A program made the position numbers and the translations under genes. Under the pieces are notes generated by a model. That model was not told where the DNA came from. It did no database searches and was given only the letters and a program-made list of their open reading frames with translations. DNA of 63,449 nt, the filler included, from Folioceros fuciformis (Eukaryota): NCBI GenBank assembly GCA_049999805.1. It is 16 parts of 16 records of this genome, joined end to end, with 100 filler letters (N's around TTAATTAATTAA, not from the genome) between each part and the next. Parts side by side here need not be neighbours in the genome. Positions count along the whole stretch, not along the records: positions 49,837 to 58,236 come from JBNGIO010003659.1; positions 58,337 to 61,023 come from JBNGIO010003660.1; positions 61,124 to 63,449 come from JBNGIO010003664.1; 13 more parts are not named here. The stretch is one strand, 5' to 3'. Shown piece after piece: positions 49,737-63,127 of this stretch (position 1 is its first letter; the number at the start of each line of letters is the position of its first letter).

Positions 49737-51383
49737 NNNNNNNNNNNNNNNNNNNNNNNNNNNNNNNNNNNNNNNNNNNNTTAATTAATTAANNNNNNNN
49801 NNNNNNNNNNNNNNNNNNNNNNNNNNNNNNNNNNNNCTCCATGAGAGGCGCGGCGCGTAATGTATGATGCTCTGAAAATACTTTCAGGCCCGTGAATGCG
49901 ACTGCGGCGGGAAGTCATGATCGCCCTAATCACAAGCATGTGGGATTCAGAAGCCTGTAATGACTTACTCGTTGGCTTTTATAGCAATGTCTAAATTTCA
50001 GACTGCAAATGCGAATCACGAGAATGAGGATGATTTTGCAACGACAATAATGTGGGACGACCTTCCAACGACAGGGTAGACATTTCATTGTTCTACTTAG
50101 TTCCTGATCTTGCTTGCTGGTCAGACTATGAGAACCCTCCATCCAACCCCCTCGGAAGGTGAATGCCGCGATAGTGCATTCAAGGTATGCACAAGTTGCA
50201 CTGTTCACAGTTGGACAACTTCCCAATCAAAAGGTGTGCCAGACCGCAGACGCGACAAAACAAACACAGCTATCCCGAAAGAAATGTTCTGACACTAGTT
50301 CCATTAATGCTCACTTTCCACCCATNNNNNNNNNNNNNNNNNNNNNNNNNNNNNNNNNNNNNNNNNNNNNNNNNNNNNNNNNNNNNNNNNNNNNNNNNNN
50401 NNNNNNNNNNNNNNNNNNNNNNNNNCTTTCCACCCATTTGGCAGCATGATGGAAGGCACGGTTGTTCATTTGCTAACGAATATGATTCAAAATTATGCAG
50501 TTCATCATCAATCATGCCAGGCAAGACACACTGCGAAACGGATGGAATCGCCAGATGACACACAACGAAGAAAACGAAGACAAGCAAAATCCAGTAGCAA
50601 GTCAGCGACGAGGAGATGCTCGACGAGAAGATGCTTGACGAGGAGGCGCTTGGACAAACCAATTCAAATGGGGGGCGGGATTGATATGCCAGTGCAAGAC
50701 AGATGCGGCCTACTTCAGGATTTGAACACAGGGATGCAATTTGTATACTGGTCTACATTGAACTGCTCATGGGCTGGCTCGTTACCCCACCTTGGTACTC
50801 GGCATCCCTGTAGACAGACCTAATGCAAGACACGGGCGTACCACACATAACAGTGCCATTTCACGGACGGCACAAGCATTAGACTGCTGGACCCTGGATG
50901 TGTGAATGTTCGAGAAAAAGGTGATGTGGAAGGGTCCACTCCTTCGAAAATATTGAGATGCACTTGTGAAAAGGAATGCAAACTTAACTTTGATTTTAGC
51001 TTTGGCTTTGGGGTAAAAATTGACACTACCCTTCCTCATTACGCTCACACTGCACGATGGCATTGGAAGCATATAATGGAACTACGACAGGTGCCAAGGG
51101 TGAAGGGTCAAAAGAGATATTTTGGATCGTTCTGTTATGCTCGTGTTGAGGGAACTGGGAAGTGCACGTGCCATTCATTTCAGGATGGTATGCTTAGTTC
51201 CAGCAGCAGACTTTGAAAGCTAAAGGGGACTCACAAGACATTGACGGCTCATCAGGCTGACATTTCCCTTGTGCAGCACATTTCAAGAAAAGACTCCCAT
51301 TGTTAGGCCCCAGAAACCCGGGTCGGTTAGATTCAGGACAAAAGCACGGTGTGCAACAGCACAGAAAACATACCTGCGCAGAA

Positions 51384-54300
51384 CTACTGTTGCTCCTGGC
51401 CACCTCGTGGCTTATCCTGCTGTTGCATCTGTTGCAGAAGTGCAGCAGCCAGCTGCAAAGTAGCTTCAAAACGCTTTTGCTTCTCGACTTCTTCTTCCCC
51501 ACCTGTTGACACCTGACTAGGAGCTGCTTGTTGCTCGGCAGGAGTCAAACTACGAATCTGCTGCACCTGGGGTTCAGCCCCGTCCCAGTGCTGAGTCTGA
51601 TTTGGCCGTTGCCCTTGCTGCTGTTGCGACTGTAGTGCATGCTGCTGCTGTCCCCACTGGGACTGGGAAGTTGCTCCCACAGCTGGAGGCTGCAAAGGCT
51701 GCGATGAGTGAACTTGCTGAACTTGACCTTGCTGGGCAACATGCGACTGAACAGTTTGGGGCAGTTGCTGAGAGGTGCTGGTTGCAGTAGGCTGCTGCTG
51801 CTGAAAATGTTGCTGAAGCAAGTGAGCAGCTTGCTGCTGAGCAGGCTGCTGCTGTCTTTGAGTCAAAAGTGCAGTCAATTGAGCCAACTGCTCAGCAGGT
51901 AGCTGAGGCGCAGATGAGGATTGTGGTGGCCTGGACTGCTGGAGATACTGTCCACTGAATCCAGGTAAGGGGAACTCCTGACTCTGGACGTTATGAATAC
52001 TTGACGAGGAAACCTGTGGAATACCCGGCTGCTGTGGAGAACTCTGTTGCTGCGCAAGAGGAGTTTGCTGCTGCTGGTGTTGCTGCTGAGCAGCTCCTGC
52101 CTGATAGATCTCCGGCAAGGCCTGCAAGCCAGTAGAATGATGGGTGACACCACCGCTGGCAGGAGATGGCTGATTCTGTTCTTGATGTAACTGATGCCAG
52201 CCCTGGGAGGCCGGACTTTGGGTTGGTCTGAACGCCGGTCTGGGATCATTTACTCCTGAACTACTAGTCAATAAAGGACCCTGCGGCATTGCAGAAGGGC
52301 CTCTTCCTGCAGTGACTGTGCCACTTTGAGAAAACTGTGCAGAGACAGCTACTGCTTGCCCTGGAGCTGAGTTTGATGTGACTGGGTTGTTATGTGCTTG
52401 CTGTGGCAGCAAAGCGGTCAAGGAAGCTATCAGCTCCGGTGTCAGACCTGCCAGGTTACCAAGTGGAGCCTGAGAGGCTGTGTTGGGTCCTGCTGAAGGA
52501 CCCTGTCCAGATTGATGTCCCGGAATAAGGGGAGGAGATGGGCCACGAAAGCCAGGAGGAGCATCCTGTACAGGGCCAGGAACCACAGCAGGTCCCACAG
52601 CTTGGGAAAATTGCTGATGGGTTGAAGGCTGTGATGGCTGCTGTACTGATGCCTGCTGCTGTTGAGGCTGTGAAGGCTGAGCAAGAACTACATGTGGTTG
52701 TTTGAGAACAACACCAAATAAACAATCGTTACCTGGTACCTTGAGGACTTTCTCAGAGAACTCAGAAGGTGGAACCAAAAAGAGGGTGGTTCCATCACCC
52801 AATTTTGCGACTCCTGCTCGACGTTTCTCTCCCAAATAATGCATGAAATCCTGATACGGTGGGACATCAGGGTCTGCTTCAGGCACAAAAAATACTACAC
52901 CAAAGTCCCCTGCTTGATACACATGTTTAGCTAACATGTCGAGATCTGTCCGAGCCGTGCAATTAACCACGTCAGGCCTGCAAATCGTTCCAAAGCAGTT
53001 AGTACGGGAGCTTGCGATGATAAGATCAGGAGTCTGAGTGCAAACATTGAATATGAAATAACGATCTGGGAACTTGGACACAAACAGAATGCACCCTTCA
53101 CACACTTCCACACATGCACAGCAACTTACACATTGGCATCGATGCCCTTCCCAACAGGAAAGCAACGGGCACGACAGACAGGAGTGCCTCCTTTGGCTAT
53201 AGTGCCATGCCACCCCCAACTTTCGTTTACAGGACCTGTTCCACTTTCTTGACCATGCAATTCCCGCTTCCCTCCGGCAAGATATCCACTGCCCACAGAG
53301 GTAGCATGTGGCAGCATGCCGGCTGGTCTGGAGACCTCCAACTGCAAGTTCAATCGAGCCCTGGATCCCGAGAGTGCATAGTCATCACCTGCCAGTACAC
53401 CTTGTCTAGCGACACCATAACCTGCACTTCCCAGGTCCGTGGTGGAACCTAGATTTACACCTTCTATCCCTGCAAATCTACGGCCATTGAAATTGTCGAA
53501 GGAAGAAGCTTCTCCAGAAGCACCAACCGAATAGACTCCAACGCGAGCTCGCTTTTGCTCCCTTGATGCAAGATCTTCATCTGGCAAATCCCAGGCATCT
53601 TCATAGCTATGTCTACCACCAGCTCTCAGACCTGAGCTAGAAACACCAACACGTGCAGCCTGACCAGCCATTTGAAATTCCATCTCATCCATTATCATTC
53701 TTCCGTCTCCTCTACCCATACCACGCCCTAGGCTCATACCTGGCCCCAGGCCTACAGTCCTGGAGGACACAACCCCTCGACCAACAGGATTACCTGTCAA
53801 CACTTCTGGTCGCAAACTACTTATCCTCATGCCTGGACTTGAAGGCCTCACAGGGCTGCCAGCTCCAAGACGGTCCACACCACCAATGGTAAAACGAGTT
53901 GGCCCCACACCCTTGACCGGCGGTTCTGAGTACCTGGTACCTGGGGACTCTATTATATCTCTGGGATTGTCCACAGGACCTATTTCACTCTTGGAGTACC
54001 TTATATGGACACGAGGGTCATCAAACAGCTTTCCCTCAAGACCATCTTTCGCTCGCGTTGCCTCTTCAACACTCCTGAACTGCACGAAGGCATAAGTGCG
54101 ACCCGGAAAAGTTTTGATCCTCTCAATCTCGCCAAACGGAACGAAAGCTCTACGGAGACCTTCCTCATCAACCTTTGCATACAATGGGAATCCTACCCAC
54201 AAGACTTCACTAGGTTCTCCGTCTTTGTCTTTGGCCCCACTAGTTGAACCTAAGCCGCTTCCAAACCCAGCCTGCACAGGTGTAAGGGCCAAATAAATCC

Positions 54301-55725
54301 GTGACAGTCAGCGCTTGACACTGATGTCGCAGTACGGAACACTTCCAAGAAAGAAAGAAAGAAAAGTAAGTCAGTAAGGACCACATGCTGCAATAGCTGC
54401 ACCCTTGGAATCAAGAGAACATGCTAAGTAGACAATCCCACAGACAATAATCAAACGGTAATAAACATACCCGATGATCCCTAGACACAATCCTCTCCTC
54501 TCCCTGATGTCGATTACCAGACAGTGCAGCTTCCTGCAAATACAGCTACAACAATGTCAGCAGTCTGTGGAACCCGATGTTGTGCACAAAACTGTCATCT
54601 AAAAACGAGACATGGTACCCCTCGAGCCTCGAGTGGAACTCGGGAAACACGTACACGTTTAAGAGGCTGAGACCGCACATAGTCAACTCGAAGCTCCTCA
54701 TCTCCAAGGCGTTTCCGATTCACAGCATCAACTGCAGCAACTGCATCTTCAAGCCTTGCATATTCTACAATGGCACAATTACCGTCTTGCAAAGATTGAT
54801 AGTACTCCAGGTCTCCAAATCCCCGTAAACTCACCCTCAAAATCTTCCTTGGAGACTGTCTGACCGATCCCTCCTACCCATGGATGCCTGCTGGGCTTGG
54901 CCTGGACAATTTTGAACGCAGGCAGCTTCATCCGTAAGGAATGGTTGCTCATGGCGTAACTCACACGATAGAAGAAATTAAGACAACCAGTGCTAACAAT
55001 CCATCCTGCATCTGCTCATCATCCTGCACGAGTTTAACCCTTACGCCACCTCTGGACCGCTCTTCGCAGTGTGATGGCAAACCATGCTGGCTGCTAACGG
55101 ACCTAACAACAAAGGCATGCAATGAAGCTGTGCAGGAAATCCCACGGGCCAGGCGCAAAGGTACAGTCCGGGCTCTAGACCAGCTTACCCCCTTGGCGAA
55201 CTCAATACGCATAGCCAGTCCTCCCAGATTGACTCCTTGCAAACCATTTTTAGCATCCACAGCGTCCTCTTCCTTCATAAAATTGATGAAGGCATAGTTC
55301 CTTTGAGAGTAGACGGTCACGCCCTCAATCTCCCCATATTTGGAAAACTTCTCGGTAAGGACATCTTCCGAGACGTCTTGCGACACATTCCCAACCCAAA
55401 GGTGCCTCGAAGCAGGAGCATCCTCGTCTTCTGGCCTCTGAGAAGCAGAATGAGTGCGAGAAACGTGATGCCGCCTGTCGTCAACACGGGGTCCGTGGTC
55501 GACGGGAAATCCTCCTCGGAAGGGAGGTCCAGCCTGATATACCAGCACACAAGCAGATGCCGCAGAGTCGTAAAACCTCACCTCACAACCAGAAGAATTC
55601 ACCTCAAACATAGACAGGGGCCCGGAGGCCTTGACGCTGAAAAATTTACCCACCGGAAACGGTGGAGCACCTGGGCGCCGGACAGAGTAGCCAGGGCCAC
55701 TTGCAGCTTCAGGGCGGAATTGCAT
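51384..55725 (-). CDS. FPA: FPA (Spen family): RRMs, SPOC domain and Q-rich tail, multi-exon
   Basis: RRM1 SRHLWVGN..RNYAFINF, degenerate RRM2, RRM3 PSEVLWVGFP..GRTYAFVQF, SPOC WHGTIAKGGTPVCRARC..RTDLDML..TLFLVPPSEF, and C-terminal KRFEATLQLAAALLQQ. Confidence 0.9.
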
Positions 55726-56916
55726 GGCGGGCGCTCTTGTGCTGAAGGGAATCCGTTTCTGCACGACCGCATATTATGTCAGGTATGTACGTCCGGGGAG
55801 GGGAGGGGATCGGCCGCCAGAACAAACACTAATCTACCTCTCCTTCTCATCACCCGACGCTCCAGTGACCATCTAAGCAAGGCCTGAGGAGTGCATACCT
55901 AATAGCTCGCCCAAGCACCCGACCGCCTCCCCTCAGTGCAGCTCCACCCAGGCCTCACTCTGCCGCAAATATTTTGGCCCAGCCACCCTGGCATCGCCAG
56001 AAAAACCCGGCAAGTCAAGTCAGCAGAGCATGTTCGCCCCTTAACAACGACGTAAGCCCTAATTCGCCACAATTCATTACTAAGAACAGTAGTATGTCCA
56101 GAGGTGTATTTGTTCTGGTGCACAAAGGCAGGGCTCCCTTATCTCTTTCTCGCTGAAGAGATTCCTTATTCAAGGAAGGTTAAAACGTGCTCAGCGTTGC
56201 TTACTGACGATGGACGATGTGGCTTCCAAATGGCCTAGGGCTTGGGGCCATGAGAGCGTGGGATGAGGAAACCGGAGACGATGTAGCAACTGGGAACGAG
56301 GCGTTAGGCATCGCGTAGTACACTGAACTCCTTCAGCTTCATTCGCGCTTCACTTCAAAGTCATCGGGAGACCTAATCCGATTCCCCTATGGGTAGACGG
56401 AAGAGATGGTTCTCTAGATGCGGCCAACCACACCTGCTGCAGCCCCGCTCTCACCCTAGCCGAGAGGAGGGACGCCCACCTAGACGCGGCTTCAGCTTTT
56501 TTAATTTTTCTACAGATATTTGGTTCAATTTCTTTTTTCTTTTTCCCCGGTTTCTGTTTGATAAACTGGATGCACGAGGTCGACCTGGGTCTTCCCATCA
56601 AAGTCTTCAGACGCCGTCGGGCAGCACACCTTCGCCAAGCACAGTACAGTACGAACAGGACACTCACAAGAGGCAAGTCATTCCGCTCGCCCATGTAAGC
56701 ATGATCGCGCCCAGGCTGGCATGCGGATGTCTACCGGTGAAGGACAACCACACACACCACCCATTTAATTGGTTTGTAACAACTGCCCTTGGAGCATAGA
56801 AGAGGGCGGTCCGAAAGACGGGGCCCTGTGACATCTGCACCTACATCTACTGTACGTAGACCACCGCACTACCATAGAAGAGAGCAACAAACAAAAGAGA
56901 TCATGGTAGGTTGCTG

Positions 56917-57842
56917 TCAGACGCCAAAAACCAGATCAACTAGTCTAGAGAAGGTGGACTTCACTGGCGACGCAAGGGTGACAGCTGAGGTAGAGGCTCC
57001 ACTTCGGGCACTGTGCAAGTACAAGGAGCGGGATGAAGGCCGCCAGGCTGGTACAGAAGTAGAACTCTTGCCTAGCGTGCCCAGAGGGAGAGCCATGGAA
57101 GGTGAAGGCCTCAAAGGCCCCCTGTTCATGAGAGCTATTCGCTGCAGGCGGTCCAAAGGCTTCACCCCGACGATGAGAGCGGTGTTGAGATACATCCCGT
57201 TCTTCTGAAGAGCGAGTTGGGCATCATAGCTGTTTTCGTACTGCAGATGCATCCAATTGACGCTACCAGGCCCTGGCACGTAGTGGACAATCGGTCCACA
57301 TTTCTCGAACTCCCTCAGCACCAGCTTGGTCTCATCCACCCCGAATCCGAAGACAGTGACCCACTCCTCCCCCTCGGATGCATAGGACGCAGCTGCCCTA
57401 GCAAGCTCAGGCCGGACGATGTTGCGTTGACAGGCTGCAGCATCCAGCACCACACCGCTACCGTCTGATGGCAGCTCCTGCTCGTGGCCACCGGCGTACC
57501 CCAGCTGCGCGAAATCGGCGAAGGAGGAGGAGGAGGAGGAGGAGAGCATTGCAGTACCACCGTCCGAGCGGACACGGGGTGCTGCCAGGGCGGAGGCAAA
57601 TTCAGGAGAAGCTTCAACACGATCCTCCAAGGAATAGAACGGAGGAGGAGGCAGCTGGTGAGCGCCGGTCCCATGGCCATCACCTGCCGCTGACGCTGAT
57701 GGAACAGCAAACGAGGCATCCCTGAAAACCATAGGTTGCTGCTGTCCAACTCGCCTCGGAAGCATTGTCGCCGCTTGATTCGTTTCCCAAATCCCTTGGC
57801 CACTGCAAGCTGTGGGAAGGAAACTCCTACAGCTTGTCTGCC
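56917..57842 (-). CDS. NUP35: Nucleoporin NUP35/Nup53, last exon
   Basis: LPPPPFYSLEDR, EEWVTVFGF, VLREFEKCG, NWMHLQY, ALQKNG, IVGVKP and C-terminal SRLVDLVFGV. Confidence 0.9.
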
Positions 57843-58336
57843 CTAGGAAATACACACAGCATAGTGTACATTACATGACAACACACCAGGGCTCTCTTTT
57901 TATTAACACGTACAGATGGACCTACTGTACGTACCTACATATACGGTCCGCTTGGCGCACGCTTTGGCTGTTTGCACTAGTATGGCATGACAAAGGGGAC
58001 ACGCCCCTTCTCTCTAGCTTTTTTTTACAAACACTTGGGTTATGCGTCCGCTTTGGCGCATACACGAGTTTGAAGGCCAAAACCAAACCGAACATGCTTG
58101 CACTTTGCAAGCAAACCTTGCCCAAGCACGCGCGCCCCCCCCCACCCATGGTTACAGGCAGTGTTTGGTATGGTTTTTTTACAAACACATGGGTTATGTG
58201 TCCCCTTTGGCTCGTATGCGAGTTAGAGGGCCAAAANNNNNNNNNNNNNNNNNNNNNNNNNNNNNNNNNNNNNNNNNNNNTTAATTAATTAANNNNNNNN
58301 NNNNNNNNNNNNNNNNNNNNNNNNNNNNNNNNNNNN

Positions 58337-58801
58337 GGGCTTGATCGTGGACCATATGTCGATGGTGAGACTGTCGGGGTGCGTTGTGAGGTAGATGACA
58401 GCTACGGCTCCGTGAGAAGGATCTTCCTCCAGCTTGAGCTGGTAAGACGCATTTTTGGCGGAGTTGGAAGTGAAGGATTGCCAGATAATGGCCTGATCTG
58501 ATGTGCTTTCATGGACGACCAGGTTGCCGTTGGTCATCATGCTGAGCATGCATGTTTGGCCGCTTCCTTCCGTGTAAGAGGACCAGACTGCTTGCGGCGC
58601 GCCCTCCCTGGTAAGCACCAGCCCGCAGTCCGGCTGCATCGTCAGGCGAAGTTGGCTTGATTGGAGATACTGGCCCGGCCATAGCGACGAACCTTGGTCC
58701 AGGACATCCTGCGCGGCCCAGTCCTCTTGGTCGCTGCCGGAGAGGGCCTCCGCGACCCGAGACAGCATGAGCGGCAGGAGCAGAAGGCAGGAGGATGCCA
58801 T
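58337..58801 (-). CDS. Secreted or receptor bulb-type (GNA/B-lectin) domain protein, 3' truncated
   Basis: Hydrophobic signal peptide followed by L.PGQYL, LTMQPDCGLVL, VWSS.T, LSMMTNGNLVV and IWQS. Confidence 0.85.
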
Positions 58802-59298
58802 GGACGGTGATTTTGGAGCCTTGAGTCGGTGGTAAGGGTTTAGGGTTTTGAAGTCGTGCAGTGTTCGAGGGCGGGAGTGTAGGATTCCGTGACTCATTCA
58901 TCGGAGAGGGCCTCGCCTGTCGCGTGGGAATCGTTTGCTCTGTCCAATGCATCTGGATTCCTGAACGCGAATTGGATCTCCGCCTTGGAACCCACGAGAC
59001 GAGACGAGACGAGACGCCAGAGCTCGAGCTTCGAGCACGTCTGCGACACTACAACTTTATCAGCTTTGGGAGGACGAACCATATCTTTATCCAACGTGCT
59101 CTCCGTTAGATCACATGAGCTGTCGAGGATTTCTATCAAAAAAATATACATGTACAGACAAAAGAGACTCATTTTTTATTATTTTCTGCTTACTGACGTA
59201 CAGATTTCTATATTGCATATAATCCCGGGGCCTTTGAAAGGCCCTTGAATGATCGTAAATATTAAACCATGCAGCCCTTGGGCAGACTGTGGACAGAT

Positions 59299-59615
59299 TG
59301 TTACTCCTCTATAGATCCTTTGGCTCCCAACCTACTAGTTCTTATATATGTGCTTACAATGTCACTCCTCAAGAGATTCATGCCATGAACCAGGAGTTTT
59401 TAAATTCGCGGCTAGAATGTGACTCCTCATGAGATCCTAAACATGAATTACATAGGTTCTGACTATGACATAGTGAGTTTCTATACCTGTGGCCTAGAAT
59501 TTCACTCCTTGAGAGAGTCTGATTATGAGCTAGGAAGTTCTTAAACTCATGGCTAGAATGTCACTCCTTAAGAGAGCCTATAAGAAACCTTGGAACCTTA
59601 ACTCTTGTGGCAATG
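59299..59615. repeat. Degenerate ~59-bp tandem repeat
   Basis: Core GGCTAGAATGTCACTCCT..AGAGA at ~59350, ~59410, ~59491 and ~59551. Confidence 0.7.
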
Positions 59616-60022
59616 TCTAAAATGTGGCACCTCATCATGCCATGAAAAGTTTTGTTGCTCAACAAGTTTTGTTCCAAAATGTTGATACTCAACATGTTAC
59701 ATCCCAACCCACAAATTCTCCAATCAAGGATTGAAATCCAACTCCATATTCTAACTACTAGACCACTACAAACAAGCAATTCTGTTCAATAGTACCCAAA
59801 TTTCTTAGAAGTGTCACTTCTCAAGCATGAACTTGTCCAGAAGTTATTTGATTTGAAAGATAACCATCGAATGTATTTATTTATTTGAGAAAAAAATAAC
59901 ATTCTACCCTTAAAAAGGAGATAAATCATGGTTGGAACATTGGGGACTAACCCTTGAAGCTTAATGAGTACCGATAGCTCCTAAAATATCATGGTTGTGG
60001 AAGGAGAGAGTTGTTGACACTG

Positions 60023-60126
60023 CCTAAACCCTAAACCCTAAACCCTAAACCCTAAACCCTAAACCCTAANNNNNNNNNNACCCTAAACCCTAAACCCTAA
60101 ACCCTAAACCCTAAACCCTAAACCCT
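60023..60126. repeat. Interstitial plant telomeric repeat (CCCTAAA)n
   Basis: Perfect heptamers on both sides of a 10-N gap. Confidence 0.95.
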
Positions 60127-61371
60127 CTCTCGAGATAATGAGATCCATTCTAATAGATGCCAATCTCCCAAATGTCATGGGCTGAGTTGATATGTATTGA
60201 AATCAAACCCACCCTTCCAAATCGCTTCCATGTGAGCTTGGAAAGTTCTACGAAGTCCAAATCACTCACTCCTCCAAAATTTGTTTCAAAGTGATGTTAG
60301 TTTATAGAAAATTGTTAATAGAGTCATCACGGCGCACGAGACCACAGCAGGACCAGGACCAGGACCAGGACCAACGAGATTTGGTTTCAACAGGTCTATG
60401 GCTGGCGACGTAACGTGTTCGGCAAGGCTGCAAGGATCTGCCCAGTCGAGCCGCAATGTCAGATTCAACAGACTGTAGCAGTAAAAATAATTTGAGGCTT
60501 GTCTGAATGATATAAAAAGTGTAAAGAAACAAAAAAAATAATGATCCACAGTGATGTCCGGCCGGAATGGCTGCCAGCGCCAATGATTTGTGCACGCAAC
60601 CGGCCCAGCCAGCAGGTCAGCAATGCTCTGGCTGGCAACCACAGTACTGGCCAATTGGGTTCTCTAACTGCAACTGCCGACACAGTAATAATTGCTAGAT
60701 CCCACTCTCCTGACGCGATGTTCCGTAACCCCGCCGGATCCGCTCTGTTTCCCCCCGTGTGCGCTTGTTCGGTACGCCGGGTCGTGAGGAACAGATCCGC
60801 CGCCCACCATCCCGTTACGATCCTGGCCGCGAAGAGAAAGGGAAGCATCAGCATGTAGGAACAAGTGTGCGAGGCGTTCACAGATGTGACCGACCTCGGG
60901 CTGCTCGCTGCACATGGGGTGGTGGCTTTTTTAATGTGTGGGTCGTGAAGCTGGGGAAGGGGCAGCAAAGAAAATTGGAGGAGGAGCGGAGGGTGCAGGA
61001 GATGCCTCCAGGGTGAGTGTGGANNNNNNNNNNNNNNNNNNNNNNNNNNNNNNNNNNNNNNNNNNNNTTAATTAATTAANNNNNNNNNNNNNNNNNNNNN
61101 NNNNNNNNNNNNNNNNNNNNNNNGCTCTCAACTCTCTACAGCGAATTTAAGAAAACTGATAATAAACAAATTATTCTATTCATGTCTTGACTTAAAAAGA
61201 CCGTCAATAAACATCATGAAGTGCAGATACAATTCAGACTTGCATTTCTAGATGTATTTGCAATTCTTGCACAGCCATAGCCTTCTAACTTGCATTATGA
61301 ATAGTAGCATGTAATTTCCTCATAGTCTTAACTCCCACCTCCAAGTTGGGAACCTTGATTGTTGCATCTAC

Positions 61372-61484
61372 AGTTGCAAGTGCTATGTAATGAGCACCAC
61401 AATAAGTTGCAAGTGCTATGTAATGAGCACTACAATAAGTTGCAAGTGCTATGTAATGAGCACCACAATAAGTTGCAAGTGCTA
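61372..61484. repeat. 33-bp minisatellite running into a gap
   Basis: AGTTGCAAGTGCTATGTAATGAGCACYACAATA, more than 3 copies. Confidence 0.9.
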
Positions 61485-61680
61485 NNNNNNNNNNNNNNNN
61501 NNNNNNNNNNNNNNNNNNNNNNNNNNNNNNNNNNNNNNNNNNNNNNNNNNNNNNNNNNNNNNNNNNNNNNNNNNNNNNNNNNNNCATTACCTTTTATCCC
61601 TACCAATTGTAACTAATGCTTCATCGCTCGTAAATCCACTCATTTTTTTATGTTTAAAGAAAAGAATTGCAATTGCTTAG

Positions 61681-63127
61681 TGTGGAGTCCACATGGCAGA
61701 TAGATCCCCTAGAAAAATGGTAGTGTTTGTTTTTTTTTGAGTTTTGATTAAATTCCTTGGGAAAGTAGTTAAGAAACTATGCTAGGTAGGTCGATCAGGA
61801 CCTGGGTAGTGGTTGTGGGCGGAGGGTGAACGACTAAGTCGTTGCTGTGGATCGGGTGTGCGTGGAACCCTAGGTCAGTGTGTGTGAGGCGGTTGGGAGA
61901 TGTTGGGGTACGGGGCAAGGATATGAAGCTGACGGGTTGTGTCCAGATTACAACTTTAAGGCGGATCGTCTTGGCCAGCTAGATGAGATAGTCTTGGCTA
62001 GCCAGATGACATAATTAGCATTGGGCTTTCCGTCTGTGAGTAGCTCATCCCACCGCACGTAGGTAGAAAGCCTAATGTTAATCATGGCGACAATGGATTG
62101 TAGAATGTCACTTTCGAGTTCGCCGTGCTTATGAGGCTACCTCAGGGGTACAAGACGGGGCAGCTCTGGCAAACCATGGAGGTCTCTCTGGCCAGCAAGA
62201 TGGGGGTGGCAGGACTTGAAGAAGGTGGAGACCCTGAGGAAGGTACATGATGATTTGAAGGAGGTGAGGGAAGTCGTGGAGATGCACTGATAGTTTTGGT
62301 AGGGGTACTCAATAATGAGTGTCAAAGGGGCAACTGATAACCCCTCATAGGTCAGAGTTAGGGTTGGGTTTACGTCGGAGAGAAGGATTGCCAGATGTGT
62401 GACTAATGCTAACTCTATTCGTCGGTGATGAGAGTTCTTTGCTGGGCAGTCTTTTGGTGTGATTCCCCTTGTCCCTTGTGTGCAGGCTACTGGATTAGGG
62501 CGCTAATCTGGTGTGAGAGTGCACCTTGGGCTTGATTCCCTTGTCACAAGGGGGACGTAGTAGATCCCTAGGCTGCCAAGATCTGTGTGGCCATATTCGC
62601 AACTGCCGACTCTTTTTCCATGCTGGCTGAGGTGCCTTGACATCCTTAGGTGGGTTTCCAAGGTAAGAATTACCGAGCTGTGAGCCAACAAGGCTATTGA
62701 GCCCAAGACTTCACATCTCTGCCTTAAGGCTACAAGTAGGGAAGGTTGTTGTGTTGCAAATTCCATGATTGGAGAGTTGTGTTGCACATTTTAGGGTGTT
62801 GAAGTGGAGAGTTGGAGCTAGAGTTGAGGCTGGGGAGTGGAGTTGAGACTGAAGGTTGGTGTTGAAGACTGGAGATTAGAGCTTAAGGTTGAAGATTGGG
62901 GGGGCTGAAGATTGGAGGTTGGGCTGAGGTTGGAGCTTGGCATTGGGGTAGGAGTTCTTTTTTAGTTGTTGAGGTAGTTGATAAATTTACGGAGCTAGAC
63001 CTAACTGCTGTAGCTACTATTAGGGTTAGGTAGGAGCCGATAGATAGGATTAGGTTAATACGTTAGGGTAGATTAGTGGACTGCCTTGACACGAGGTCAC
63101 TCCTTGGGAACGGATCTCAAGACTACA
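61681..63127 (+). mobile_element. Probable long LTR (TGTGGAGTC...GACTACA)
   Basis: TG...CA ends with an imperfect terminal inverted repeat, and homology to 27450-28430 and the 37194 end. No TSD seen. Confidence 0.55.

Noticed and set aside
58337-58801. B-lectin as the ectodomain of the kinase at 5909-7357
   Set aside because: Different scaffolds with no linking evidence.
60465-60968. Possible gene 3' end or small peptide gene
   Set aside because: Splice-like signals exist, but no frame gives a recognisable product.
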